From the NCBI GenBank assembly GCA_013265495.1, contig MU061579.1, forward strand, positions 5,950,963 through 6,014,962: 64,000 bases of DNA, given 5' to 3'. The position numbers were made by a program, and so were the translations under genes. The notes under the pieces were generated by a model. It ran no database searches. It was not told the DNA's origin and worked only from the letters and a program-made list of their open reading frames with translations. The stretch's first letter is position 1, and each line of letters starts with the position of its first letter. Positions 12,427 to 25,840 of the stretch are shown here, piece by piece. Source of the DNA: Vicugna vicugna (taxonomy: Eukaryota).

Positions 12427-12965
12427 TGTCAAATAAACAGTTGTTAAGTGGAGCACAGGTGCCAGGTGGCAAGCCAGGGTTCTACAACAGACCACAGGAG
12501 AAATTGAAACAGAGAAGCTTATTCCTCACCAGTTCCAAGAAAAAGTATACCTCGAAGGGCCACACAGGGAGGCCAAGGCAGAGTGCAGACAGAGACAGAA
12601 AGGTAGGACCTGGGGCACATGCATTTATTAGGGTCTGTGGGTGGAGTGTTTTGGGGTTCCTGGGCTACGGCCAACCTGGACACTTCCAACCAAAAGAGCA
12701 GGATTTTGGTAAGCCCCATGGGAGTCTTATTTAAGGTGCATATAAGAAATACAGGTGCTGGGAGGCAAGGGAGACTGCTGATCATGAAGACTATTGGGGA
12801 AGTCACATCAAGGACTTTTATTTGCCTGCGTCTCTGTGGGCTGCTAACCAGAGCATGTAATTGCATGAGAGGATATATCAGTTTAAGGTCCCCGCAGGCT
12901 ACTTGGTCAAACAAAATATATGTCAAGGGAACAATACCATGGGGTAGCTTAGCTAAACTTCATCA
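12427..12965 (-). mobile_element. ERVL-class solo LTR (MER76-like)
   Basis: TG...CA termini; GC-richer block; antisense poly(A)-signal-like 'gcttattc' and 'tttatta'; end 'ggtcccgcaggctacttggtcaaacaaaat...gcttagctaaacttcatca'. Confidence 0.65.
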
Positions 12966-13207
12966 AGAATATTTTATTTTTTGTTTTGATCTTTAATGAT
13001 TATTTTCAAGATTTCTTAAAGAAATTGCTCATTGCGAGTTTGGAAAAGACAGTGTACAATATGAGCCTGGGATATCTTTTATCTGAAAGCAAGGGATGAA
13101 TAAAATACCAATTGGGTCATATCTAAATGACATGCAATCCAATGTACTGGAGATTCCATGATTCTCGGAGGCAATCATTCGAGGATTCAGTAAGAATACT
13201 GCATTTA

Positions 13208-15130
13208 ACTTCCAGTCTTAGCTCTGACATGCAAAGAACTTGGAAGTCATCACTTTCATTCTTACAACAAGAAAAAGTTATACTAACTGAAAATCAATAA
13301 CTTTTCTTAAAACTGTCAGAAAACTGAGGTTTGAGAACAAACTACAACCCTGAGATCTGTAGAAAGAGGTGAGTCAGGGTGTCTCAGCTAAGATCTCCTT
13401 ACCTGTACAGAAGCTTCTGGAACACAAACTGGTAGGAAGACTTAAATAGTAATTTTGACAAATTGTTAGAAGCTCCGTGTTGGCCAGTGTGAGAATTAAA
13501 AGTTCTTGGGGGCCATAATTTTAGGAAGGACTCCACACTTGCATGGATATTACCATTGAGAAACCCAAAAGTTCTTAAGATGAACACCCAAGAAAGGTCT
13601 TATCCTAGTTTTAGAAGAAGAGAGAAAGAATAATCTTTGTGAAATATGCTTAGCACTTTCTCCACAACAAGGATGTACTTTCTAGGGAAAAAGACTTTAC
13701 CAGAGGACCTTCCAAGCTGAGGAAGGGCATTTTTCCCCCTCAAGTCTCTTCTAGCTTTCCTGTCTCATAAAAGCAGGAACAAAACATAATAAACAAAGAT
13801 CAGTTCTCCAAGGAAATTGAGAATAAGACTTGAGCCCAGGAAGAGAGTAAAGAACAGGAGAGAAAAATAAGCTACTGGAGAAACAATTATAAAGTTCACA
13901 GCCCAGAGACACATGTCTACAAAAAGACGTGTGTCTATAATATTAAGATTATAGAATTCTTCCCATTCTTAAAACTTCACCCACCCACCAACAGAGCTCT
14001 GCTATAATAGTAGTGGATTATGCTGGAAGAGCTTCAAGACACAAACCCTGTCTCAGGAGGAGTCTGTAGGGTAGCCCAGCATGAAGAGGAACAGCATATA
14101 CTAGGACGCTAGAGGATCTGAAGCCTCTGATACACATGGTGACAGAAAATATAGCCTAATAATGAGGTCAACATCAATCCTCACACTAAAGGTTTACGTA
14201 TCTCTGGTCCTATTACCTGAGATAGCATGTCTAGCTTTCAACAAAAATGATAAGGCACAACAAAAAGCAAGTAAAAATAGAGTATGAATAGACAAATCAG
14301 GCATCAGAATTAGACTCAGATATGACATGGATGTTGGAACTATGAGACAAGGAATTTAACGTAACTGTGATTAATATGTTATGGGTTAATGGGAAAAGCA
14401 GACAACATGAAAAAAAAATAAAGGTAATCTAAGTAGAGACAACAAATTTAAAAAAGAATCATAAGGAAATGCTAGAAAAATTTTAAACAGTGACAAAAAT
14501 TAAGAATGTTTTATAGGCACATCACATCAGTAGATTGGACAGGGCTGAGAAAAGTCAGTGAGCTTAAAAAATGTCAATGGAAACTTCCCAAACAGAAATG
14601 CAAAAATTAAACAAAATTTAAAATAAATTTAAAAACCCTAGAACAATGTCAAGAACTGTGGAACCTTTTATAAGTTGTGACATACTCATAACTGGAATCT
14701 CAGAGAAGAATGAAGAAGAGAATATAGAATAAGTGTTTTAAATGATAATGGTTAAGAACTTTCCAAAATTAAAGGCAGACACCAAATCATGGCTTCAAGA
14801 GGCTCAGTAAACACCAAGCAGGATAAATGCTAACAAAACACACATAAGTATATCATATTCAGTCTGCAAAGACAAACAGAAAGTAATAAAAAAAAAACCA
14901 GGTAGAGGGAAATAATCTTATCTATAAAGGAAATTATGCAAGCAAGAAGAAAACTGAAGGAAATACTTAAAACTTGAAGGGAAACACACACACACACACA
15001 CACACCCCAACCTAGAATTCTATATCCAGCAAAATTATCTTCAAAGGTGAAAGTAATAAAAATTTATTCAGACAAAAACTGAAGGAATTTATTACCATCA
15101 GACCTGCCCTGCAAGAAATGTTAAAATACT
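13208..15130 (+). mobile_element. Old L1 (L1M4/L1MD-type) 5'UTR and ORF1 remnant
   Basis: 5' end 'acttccagtcttagctctgacatgcaaagaacttggaag'; ORF1 motifs 'caacctagaattctatatccagcaaaattatcttcaaa' and 'cagacctgccctgcaagaaatgttaaa'. Confidence 0.85.
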
Positions 15131-15224
15131 AAATTTTAAAAAATGAAACACATGAAACATATAAAACCCATTAATTCAACATGCTGCCTTCTCCCAAACA
15201 CACACACACACACACATGAACAAA

Positions 15225-16470
15225 ACACATGGGTCTCCATTGAAAGCTACCAAGAAATGAACTCATTATTTTGAAAACTCAGTAATAAAGTCAATGAAGC
15301 AATCATTTATACTGCCTTTTTTGAACAAACTGTATTTTAAGATAAGAAAATAGTTGATGTGTGAAAATTCTTTAAAGAAGTATTCCAGTTAATAAATGCA
15401 AAGCCTGCCAGAATTGTAACATTTTCTATTTCTTACTACCTAATGAAATGATGAAGCTTGACAATAATGATCTACTAAACACTAACTTTCAGTTGACAAT
15501 TTGACAAAGAATTTTATGAAAGAAGGATCACAGTGGCATTATCTCAAACCACGAATGAGCTGAAGTATCACTAAAGTGAGACAGCCATAAATCCTGTGAT
15601 CCTGATAGGATGATCTACAAAACAGTCTTCCCCTTCCCATAAATTGAATGTAAGTCTAATTAAATTTCTAGATCTAACTAGCAGTGTGCAGGACAGATGG
15701 GTTATAGTAGAATAAGAAAAGTGACATCCTTGGAAGCAGTTAGATGAAGTTTGGACATGCTACAAGGAAAAATAACCTGATTTCTCCAACAAACCAATGA
15801 CACAACCAAACAATAATTTTAAAAAGACTCACAGACATAGAAAACAAACTTATAATTACCAGGGGGAAAAGGGGTGGGAAGGGACAAATTAGAAGTTTGA
15901 GATTTGCAGATACTATATAGCACAGGGAATGATATTCAGTATCTTTTAGTAACCTATAATGAAAAAGAGTATGAAAATGAATATATGTATGTTCATGTAT
16001 GACTGAGACATTATGCTGTACACCAGAAATTGACACAGCATTGTAAACTGACTATACTTCAACTAACTAAATAAATAAAAGCAATATGTGGACCTTATTT
16101 GGATCCTGATTTTAGTAAATGAACTCTAAGTGACATCTTTAGGACAGTTAGGTCCAGATGGATGGCTATTAATGAAATTTAAAAATTAGTTTTAACTTTG
16201 GGAAATATTACAATGTGGTCTTTTTTTCAAAAGTTCTTCTCAGTTAGATGCACATGTGGATGAACTTATGGGAAAAATAATATGTGAGATTTTCTTTAAA
16301 GTGTTTCAGCTTAAAAAAAGAAAGAAAATGCAGCAGGGGTTGTTGGTCAGTGAAATATGACTGTCAAAATGCTGATAATTGTTGAAGTTGGGTGATGGAT
16401 ATACATTCATGAAGATTTGCCTTATTATTGCCTTTATAGGTACATTGGAAAATACTCAATTTTTAAAAGA
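15225..16470 (+). mobile_element. L1MC-type 3' region, interrupted by a young L1 tail
   Basis: 'aactcattattttgaaaac', 'tttctagatctaactagcag', 'gtggaccttatttggatcctgatt', 'gctgataattgttgaagttgggtgatgg'. Confidence 0.7.
15822..16080 (+). mobile_element. Short lineage-specific L1 3'UTR tail
   Basis: 'agactcacagacatagaaaacaaacttataattaccaggggg...ttgtaaactgactatacttcaa' followed by an A-rich tail. Confidence 0.92.
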
Positions 16471-19400
16471 TGCCTTTAGTAGAAGAAACTAGAAGTAAGA
16501 GCTTATGGGTCAACACACCACTTACATAAGTGGACAAAGGGCTGCATTGTATCGCTGAAAAGCCTTAAAATGAAATGAGCAGATTCCACACTTATACAAC
16601 ACAATAAAAGAGAATTAAATTTACTTTAGTGTGAGCAAAAAATATTAATGGAAATTGAGGGGTCTGAGCAGCTAAGCCTGATTACCTATGAAAACAGTTT
16701 AGTTGAAACTTACAGGTGAAACTCACCAAAAGAGAAAAGTTTCATGCTCCAATAGTGCCTTTCTTGAAGAAGTCTCACCTAATGATAGATCATTGATTGG
16801 AGGACGCGATACCTTCTAAACTGCTGAGAACCGCCTGAGGTCTAACTGCGGGAACATGTCTCGGGGCCTCCTCTAACACCCAGGGGAAGACGAGAGAAGG
16901 CATAGAGCAATCGACTCAAAGAAATAGCTGCAATCAGAAACTGTAGAAGAATGTTCTTTTTGACTTAAAATTTAACAGCCCTTCCTGTAACATTCACTAG
17001 GAGAAACACATTTTAGGGAGTCAAAGTGAAAAAAAATCTGAAGATAATGAAGAGTTCGTCTCTTCAGGAAATGAAGAGACCCAAGACACATCCAGCTGCT
17101 GGGACTGCGCGTCATCCCCAAGTGTCAGAGGATGAAGCTGCGAGGTCCTGGGACGACTCTCAGCAGATGTGGCCCAGAGGAAAGAGAAATGAGGGACATT
17201 AAAAAATGACTCCTTTAGTAAAAGTCCTAGAACTTATGTGGCGCAAGGCCATACAACTCACATTGTACAAGGTGAAAATGAGAGAATTGCCTTTTCGTAT
17301 GTTTTCTGATTTATAGTGAGTAAAGCAGACACTCACATACAATTAGAATCTGAGATTATAAACTAAAAAGCTAGATATAGATGTAAATGTAGATATAAAT
17401 ATAGGTGCAGATACAGATGTAGCCAATCCCTTATATAAAAAAAATACATATGACTTTCTAAAATCAGTGACATAATTGCTGGGTGATTTAATGTTTCATG
17501 TTGCTTTTTCCTATGATGTTAACTTAGATAAAACTATGCCCAATATAGACATTCCTCTTAGATTATTTTTAATTATGAAAAGGCTCAGCATATTTATAGA
17601 TTTAAGAGTGGGTAGAATAATCAGTCTATGTCCTGGTGCCTACTTGGGTAACTTAAAATGCTCGCAGAAGCATGAGCAACTATTCCAAAAAATTTTAATT
17701 TTAATTGGGCCTATAAATGAGAGGCCAAAAAAAGAACTATTAATATTTTTCTCTTATGTTTCTTACACACTCACCCTGATCCTCCCTTATTAAGAGCAGA
17801 TAATCATAAATTTTCACCCTGAAGAAATCTCCTTGCAATTCTAAGGGTCAGGAGGAGAATGGAATCACAGAAGAGAAATTTTCATCTCAGGGACTAGAAA
17901 CAGAACAGAAAGATTTTTTTTTTCTTATACCCATAAACTTTTTATTCCAGACTATAAACATTAGATGTTATTTATTTAATAATTCATATTCTGCTTCATT
18001 TCACAAACTGTTTGAGGCAGTACATTAGATATATCCTCTTTGAAAATATTCTGGAAATAAAGAAAGTTCCATTTTTGAAGAGCAAAGAGCTAAAAGATAG
18101 AGGAAAGTTTCACAAGGTCAAGTACAAAATCAGAGATGAGCTGAGTAATATTCAGTGATTTTCAGTGTTTTTATTCCTTGTTTCCATTTCTGAATTTTTC
18201 ATTGGGATGGCCAAAAGTGATTCATTGTTTCTTTCACCCTCTTTGAAAACATTCTGTGAGCTAGAATTTGAGCCCTAAGTGATTTCTTACAAAGGTTGAG
18301 TGATTCAAATTCTGAAGCGCCTGAAGCAATATGTATTAATTGAATACGTTATAAACCACATTCTTCAAATGTCATTTTTTAGATTGAAAAGAACTGAATG
18401 ATAGTGTGAGGATCTTATTAAATGAAAACTAAGATTAAATCCTCAGCTAAAATAAAGAATAATTTACAGTATAAGTATTCAAAAAGTACTTTAAATACTA
18501 CTTTTTCTATATAAATAGGTATGTACACAAATGCATCTTCATTTATGCCTCTTTCTTTCATTATTTTTCCTTTCCTTCTATCAGACATTTATCTTACTCC
18601 ACGTATCTTAAATGGGTTGAATAGCATTGAGCAGAAATGAACAGTAACGGAAAACAGCAGTACAAGCAAAAGCCATGCAATCTGTTACAAAGCATCTACT
18701 CACCGGAGCCCCGATGCTGCCCCCACCCAGCCAGTCAAACCCAAGCCCCGCGTTATCAACCCCCTTAAATTCTCACAGGGCAGCCCAGCCTTCAGGTCAT
18801 GGCTTCCGTTCTGGTTTTCCATTTTCCTCCCTTTTTGGCCTCCTTGTATCTGGCTTATTTTTCAGTTGCCCAGCTATGCATTTTACATGGCTTTGTTACA
18901 TTCTAACCAGCACATCATATTTGCTTTATCTTACGCAGTATCTCTAGGATTTTTGTATTTTGAGGCATTTCTGGTTTCCCAGGCTGGCGCTGTTTTCACA
19001 GCTCCTTAATGACACCCCATGGAGAAAAGTTTAGATGTCATTCTTCCCACAGGGACAGCACGACTGCTCTATTAATCTACGGACTATAGATCTGTAGACT
19101 CTACGGGTATATATCTATAAAAATAAAGATTGACCTGAAGGAGGGGTTCATTTCAAGCAATCACCTGAAGAAGAGGTTGACATTTACACTAGAAAAATTT
19201 TAAATGGGGAACACAAGCTTTCAATAACAGGTTAATGTCTCTTTTCTGTACTCTCGAAGTGTAGCTAAGACGGTGCTGGAATATACTGCAGATTAAATAA
19301 GGCAACGGCCAGGAGCAAGGAAACAAGAGACACGGGCCTGACCTGACTCTTTCTTGGGGTTCCACGTGTCAAAAGATGGAGCCGATATGTGTAGAAGTAC

Positions 19401-21440
19401 AAATCTCTTGCTTTCAAATTTAACTCTTTAGGCTCCTAATTTTCTCAATATTTAATATCTTCATATTATCCTGTGATTTTCAGTTAGACTTGTTTGGAAC
19501 TGCCAACCTCTTTTGGCCTTGCTGAAAAGCATGGGATTAAAAAAGATCCTGCTCTTTAAGGGGAAGCAATTCTGGAAAATTCCAAAAAGGGGCTTATGCC
19601 CCCTGGTCAGTTGTCCTGATCCAGAGAGTCTTTTCAAATAGTTACCTGTGAAACTCTAGATTTCACATGATTTAAAGGAAGTAGCATTTCCTTAAACCCC
19701 CTCCCCATCACATTTCCCACAGCAATTTTCCCAAAGTTTTTCCTCTTTCCTTAAGGATTCTCAGCCCCCACCTAATTATCAACACCTCACTGAAAAGATT
19801 TGGGGAATATTATTTGAAAACAATTTTTTTTTTTTACCATGTAACTTTAAAATTTCTCTGCATCTCTATTACCACATCCCTTTGTCCCAGACACTGAGGA
19901 AGAAGTTGTCCTGCCCAGTTCTTCTGGCTCTACTTTCTACCACAACTGTTCTACATCTAAAGACGTCATGCTGCTCTCAAGGTTGAAATGCTACTTATAT
20001 CTCATTCTAATAGGCATTCTCTGCGCACAGGTACAGGCAATGCAAGATGTTAAGCGGCAAGGCCTCATTTTTTTAACCCATAGGTAACTGTAGGTCCTAC
20101 TACTCATAGACCAGGTATACAAAGTTGTATGTGACAGTTACATGAGATTGAATGGACACAAAGAGGGCTACCGTCAAGTGTCCCTAAAACTTGAAAATCA
20201 GCCAAACTTATTAAAGTACAACAGTTAGTATGAGAACCACTGTCTTCAGACACCATTGTAAAAAACAGAACGTCTGTCAGAACTAATGCAGGAGTACAGG
20301 GTCTGGAAATCTAGTCAAGACCTCATGACATATAAAAGCCAGACTCTAACATATCCCATGTGTCCAAGAAATAAATTATTAACATTAGAAGAATGTTATA
20401 ATGTCCTAAGCAACAAAAAAAAATTCAAAACAGAACCCCTGAAAAGACAACTGTCAATCTATTTCCAACTCTGCCTATGTGGAAGGTACTCTCCTGATCA
20501 TGCGTCTAAGGTCAGTAAGAAAACCCCACGTGGAGCCTGAAGTGTCATCTGCCTATGATCTTCTCCCTTGCTCTAATGCAGATTTACCTACCAGCTTTCA
20601 GAGTCTAACTTGATTTCTGGCCTGGATTTTCCATTAGGTGGATTTGGAGTCTGCCTTGAAGAGCTAGTGTCAGAACTAGGACTTCTTGTCAGTTACTTAT
20701 CACAAGAAATGACTCCGTCAATACATGGTTTACACATCAGTCTTTCATGAGTTTTGTTTTAGTGAGTCATCTCTAGTTTCTGATTCACCCTGAGTGTAAA
20801 TGACTCTGGCTCTCTGTGCCGAAAGGTAAAGGTGGTAACTGCCAAGATATGGGTACAAGAAAAGGGCTCACTTGTCCTCATCTGTGACATCTTTCTCTTT
20901 GATTTTCCCAGTCATAGTCACATTTACATACATGAATATTCATATGATAGCTATGGTTCTTCAAGCTTAAGTATGGAGAATACAACAATGACATAAATGA
21001 GTATTTATTATGAAAAAAAGCCAAGTTGTAACTTGTAACATGAGGAATTGGAATAGATAACAAAAATAGGAGGGAGAAAGCAGAGATGAAAATCTTCAAT
21101 GGAACAGCATTTCTGAGGAAATAAGTGGAGGCCATAACCTGAACATATGTCAACAATTTCAAATATAAAAAACCACGTAGAAGAAGTCAAGCGTATTAGT
21201 GCCACTTGACGATTCTCTGCTGAAATGAAGTTTCCTGCTACATGGAAGCATTACGACTTCTATTGTGCTCTCTCTTTCATAGAGCTCAGATTCGTGATTC
21301 AAGGGATAGGCACTATTCATCAGCAGTGTTTTGACAGTAGGAGATAACAGATATTAGGTGAATAGTTCCCTGAAACGAAATATAAGAATATGTCTAGACA
21401 TTATTTTTTCGGAGTAGCTCCTAATTTCATGTGCAATCAA

Positions 21441-21455
21441 GTTGCCCTTGGCAAC
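21441..21455. promoter_or_regulatory. RFX X-box motif
   Basis: GTTGCC-CTT-GGCAAC, perfect inverted half-sites. Confidence 0.45.
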
Positions 21456-22421
21456 TCAGAGAAAGTTAGCTTATCTCCCCGAGTTCAGCATGAAGAATCT
21501 AGTCAAGTCTTCAGATGAAATGTGTATTGTCTTGCTGAAAGAGCGGATATCCACATCCTGTTCTAATGCATCAGACCCAGTTGCCAAAGCTAATGCACAA
21601 AGGTGACAGAAAAGATAGCTGAATATTCTTTTTTAAGCTTTAAGCCTTTTAAAGATGTGAATTTTTATATGAGACTCATTTCTTCTTTTCACATAAGCAT
21701 TTCACATTCTTTTCAAAGTAGGTGTGACAACCGATGGTGACAAGAGGACAGGGTACCCCAGGAGCGGATGAGTGTTATAATCAGAAAAATAAATTTCATC
21801 CACAGTAATTTCACTGTCACTATGATTTTCACTGCTTATAACGCGGACGACTTCTGATGCCAGTCATCCCACTACGCTGAGAGGAAGCCACTGTGCTCAG
21901 TGATCTTCAGCAAGAAGGAAATTTGAATAAGACTCAGAAGTCAAACGGAGAGTTCCCGGAGAAATGTAGATTGTCAACTCTGAAAAAAGATATTCAATGT
22001 CAATTTAAAACTGACTTATTAGAAGGATGTGGAAGGAATGAAGGAAAGACTATGTATGCTTAACTGAAAAATAGCCAGAACAGGCAGAAGAAGATAAAAG
22101 TTTCAGGGTGTGTGACTCACAGTGTTTGGTCCTCATCACACTTTTCTTCTGATAATATTTAATTCCATTTAAGCTCATAATAGACCAAAGTTTTCCTTGA
22201 GATTTGAGACTGGAACCAAAAAAGTAATATTTGATTTGTAAATACACCTGCTTGATACTTTTGCATTCTCTTTGAAATTTTGTATGTAATATTCACATTA
22301 TCTTTTGTAAATAAATATATGCTGTAAGAAGTATTTATTTTTACATTTTATGCAAATTTTCTCTAAATGAAGTATCCTTGAGTTCTAGTTCTGTAATTGA
22401 GGTGATACATTTAGTGAAAGA

Positions 22422-22615
22422 ATGTTGTTCCAAAGCCCAAATGCACATCAGAATCACCTGGGTAATATTTGAAAAATACAACTTCTTGCCTCATCCCAGA
22501 CTTGCTGAGTAATAATAATCTATAGTGAGTGGCCTGGAATTTGCGTTTTCAAATGTTCCCATGGTGAATCTAAAGTAATTAGCCCTGGTCTTCAGATTTG
22601 TGTTTAAGACCCAGT
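22422..22615. mobile_element. MER5-type hAT DNA transposon fossil
   Basis: 'tgcacatcagaatcacctggg...ggcctggaatttgcgttttcaaatgttcccatggtgaatct'. Confidence 0.7.
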
Positions 22616-22739
22616 GTTTAAGCCATACTGGAAAAAAAAAAAAAAAAGCAAAAAGAGAGAGAAGAAAACTATTGTTTACTGAGTGTCTACTAGATGCTTC
22701 CAAATGTTATCATAATGCATTTTCTTAATACAAGGACAC

Positions 22740-23183
22740 TGTGGCACATTGAATAGTGTCCCCTCAATATCCATATCCACCCAGAACCTCTGTATGTAAC
22801 CACTTTAGGAAATAGAGTCTTTGTAGCTATGATTAAATTAAGACGAGGTCATACTGGCTTACGGAGGGTCCTCAAATCCAATCACTAGGTTTGTATAAGA
22901 AGAGAAGGGAACACACAGAGTACCAGAAAAACACCACGTGTCAGTGGAGGCAGAGACTGGAGTGATGCAGCTACAAACCAAGGAATATTAAGGATTGCCC
23001 AGAGCCTCCAGGAGCTAGAAGAGGCAAGGAAGGGTTTTCACAGGGAGTCTTCAGAGGGAACATGGCCCTGCCAACAGCTGATTTCAGACTTCTAGCCTTG
23101 AGAACTATAAAGGAACACCTTTCTGTTGTTTTAAGCCAACCCAATTTGTAGTAATTTGTTATGACAGCCTAGGAAACAAAGAC
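22740..23183 (+). mobile_element. MLT1C-like MaLR LTR
   Basis: 'tgtggcacattgaatagtgtcccc...gatttcagacttctagccttgagaact...ttctgttgttttaagcc...tttgttatgacagcctaggaaac'. Confidence 0.9.
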
Positions 23184-23327
23184 CCAGAGGTCCAAAGATA
23201 TGCAGTAGTCTGCCTGTGTCATGTGGGTAGAAAATGACCAAGCAGAGTTCCAATCCCTGGTCCATTGATTCCAAAGTCCTTGGACACCTGGGACCACACT
23301 GGCGGAAATTTCCATTGACCAAGACTA

Positions 23328-23520
23328 CAGTAGTATTTGGTCAAAGTCGGGTTCCAGATGATCTACAGTAGAATTACTGTGGGCCTTGTTAAAAAATATG
23401 CTTTTCTTGACTCCATCTGGAATTCTGAACTAAAAATCTTTGCACGTTGGATTCAAGAACCTACTTTTAATAAAGACCTCAGAGCATTGTCATTCTTCTA
23501 AAAGTTTGGCACCGTTGACC
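23328..23520. mobile_element. MER5-type DNA transposon fossil
   Basis: 'ccttgttaaaaaatatgc...ttctgaactaaaaatctt...aagaacctacttttaataaag'. Confidence 0.5.
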
Positions 23521-25371
23521 TAAAGAGTTAGGGGTCTCTAACACGACATCCATTTGCATTTTCATTCAAATGTATTCTGAATGCATGAAACCAACAAATG
23601 ACATGCTGTGACGTCATTACAGAAATTAACTTGATGAAATCCACGTGTACTTTATTTCAATCCATTTTTGCCTAAACCTGGGATACTACGGATGACACAC
23701 AAAAGTAGTACTCACACTGCTCTCCCCTGTAGGGAGCTCTTTCACGTTCATAGTGTCAGCTGATTCTCACCCCAACCTTGAGGAGGAATGTGTAGACATT
23801 ACTATTCTCCCTACTTGATAGGAGAGGAGGCTGAGACTAGAGGCTTAGAGAAATTCACACTCAATCTCCTGTGGTTCTTTGTTAGAGCGTGGCATTTTTT
23901 TGCTGTTCTGACATTGCCAAAGAAAATCAATGGGGAATTATGATGGAAAGAACGTGGGTGAGACAAGTGTGATCTCACTCCTTTTGTGCGAAAGCAAAGA
24001 GTATCCTAACAATAAAAGGAGATTTTATTGGTAAAAGAGTTGAAAGGGCAACAGAAAATAAGTGTGTGAGAAGCCAGAGAAAAGAACCTATGGTGAAGAG
24101 AACCTCAGAGAGCCCTGGGCAGCATAGAAACTCAGGCTAGCAGACGTGAACATTTTCATCAGAGCATGTTCGAGGTAGCTCTAGCTAATCATTACAGAAC
24201 ACATACTCCCCATCTAGATGATGAAAAAAAAAAGGATCACTTTCCTCTGAAATACTTGCCTATACCCTAAACGCTTCTCTTCTCTTACTGAAGTACCACA
24301 TCCGTTTACTGACTTTGCAGACGCAGGTCAAAATATTTTCACTTTTTTCAAGATGCTTCTTTGGTGGCATGTGTGTGACTTGTCTTTTTCTTAAGTGCAT
24401 CCTTAGCTTATTAAAAGTTGTGTGTGTTTGTGTGTATTTGGTTTTCCCATTGCTTTTAGAAAGTGGGAACTATGAGGAAATATTCAAAGAAAAAAAATCG
24501 CGCCTGAAAACATCTTAACTGAAAGGAAAAATGGGGGTGAGAATGACAAAAATGGTCAATGATGAAACGTATAAAAGTACAAAAGGCTTTGCAAGGATCT
24601 GTTTAAGTTTGAATTGAAAAATACATTTGGGTTATTGATTCTTTATGATCCAAAAGCAGCACTTTTTAAATCAAAGGCAATTTAGAGATGAGGAATGACA
24701 AATACTAGATCCTGTTCATCATGAAATGAATAATGACAAAGCTTTATTGGAAAAGTTGGTGATTACAAATTACTTCGAAATCAACACCAAAGATAAGTTA
24801 AGATCCCAAATAATTATATATTATGGAATTCAATGTCCTTGTTGGTATATTTTATTTAACATTGACTCTCCACCATGAGGAACTCTGGTCTATATATCAG
24901 ATTCTGTGGTTAACTCCTGTCCTCATTGTGTATATTTCTTCAGTTTTTGCTTGCCTTGAGAATTAAATGAGATGATGTAGGAAAGCAATTTTATAAGCTG
25001 AAATGTTCTACAAATGACAGCTTTCCATCTGTGAGTAGTGATATTTTTCTTTTTTCCTTGGCCCTGACAATACTATTTTTTTTCATTTTTCATTTTTATT
25101 GGTAAAATTGATACAATTTGACAGCACATATACAATAATATTGCATGTAAATACCTATATACAATATACTACACATTTTCTTAATTTACATATATGTACT
25201 GTTCATTGTTTCTAAAAGAATAGTTTAGAGATTTAGCTTTTTAAACTTACATAGTTACCAAAGGAATAAAGCCAACCACAAAATAAGAACCAACAGAATG
25301 CAATAATCCAATCATAAAGGACAGTCAAATGTGTGTACACATATTCAAGAAATGAATCATCTAAGTTATAA

Positions 25372-25840
25372 ATAATAAGTTTTTTATTTGTGTCCCTTTT
25401 TTTAGATTCCACACATAAGCGGTATCATATGGCATTTTTCTTTCTCTTTCTGGCTTCTCTTATAATGACGATCTCCAGGTCCATCCCTGTTGCTGCAAAT
25501 GGCATTATTTTGTTCTTTTTTATGGCTGAGTATTATACATAATACATCTTTTCTATCCAGTCATCTGTTAATGGACATTTGGGTTGTTTCCACGTCTTGG
25601 CTTTTGTAAATAGTGCTGCTATGAACATTGGAGTGTACGTGTCTTTTTGAATTATATTTTTTTCTCTAGGTATATGCCCAGGAGTGGGATTGCTGGATCA
25701 CACGGTAAGTCTATTTTTAGTTTTTTAAGGAACCTCCATACTGTCCTCCATAGTGGCTGCACCAATTCACTTTCCCACCAAAAGTGTAGGAGGGTTCCTC
25801 CGTCTCCACACCCTGTACAGTTTTTATCATTCGTGGACTT
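25372..25840 (-). mobile_element. Lineage-specific L1 fragment (ORF2 C-terminus and part of the 3'UTR)
   Basis: ORF 25652..25882(-) reads '[57 protein letters not shown]', the L1 ORF2 cysteine-rich C-terminus. Confidence 0.93.

Noticed and set aside
12414..12996. Overlapping 106-135 aa ORFs
   Set aside because: They lie in a GC-richer solo LTR and show no gag/pol/env motifs
17370..17420. Decayed (TAGATA)n repeat
   Set aside because: Ordinary degenerate microsatellite
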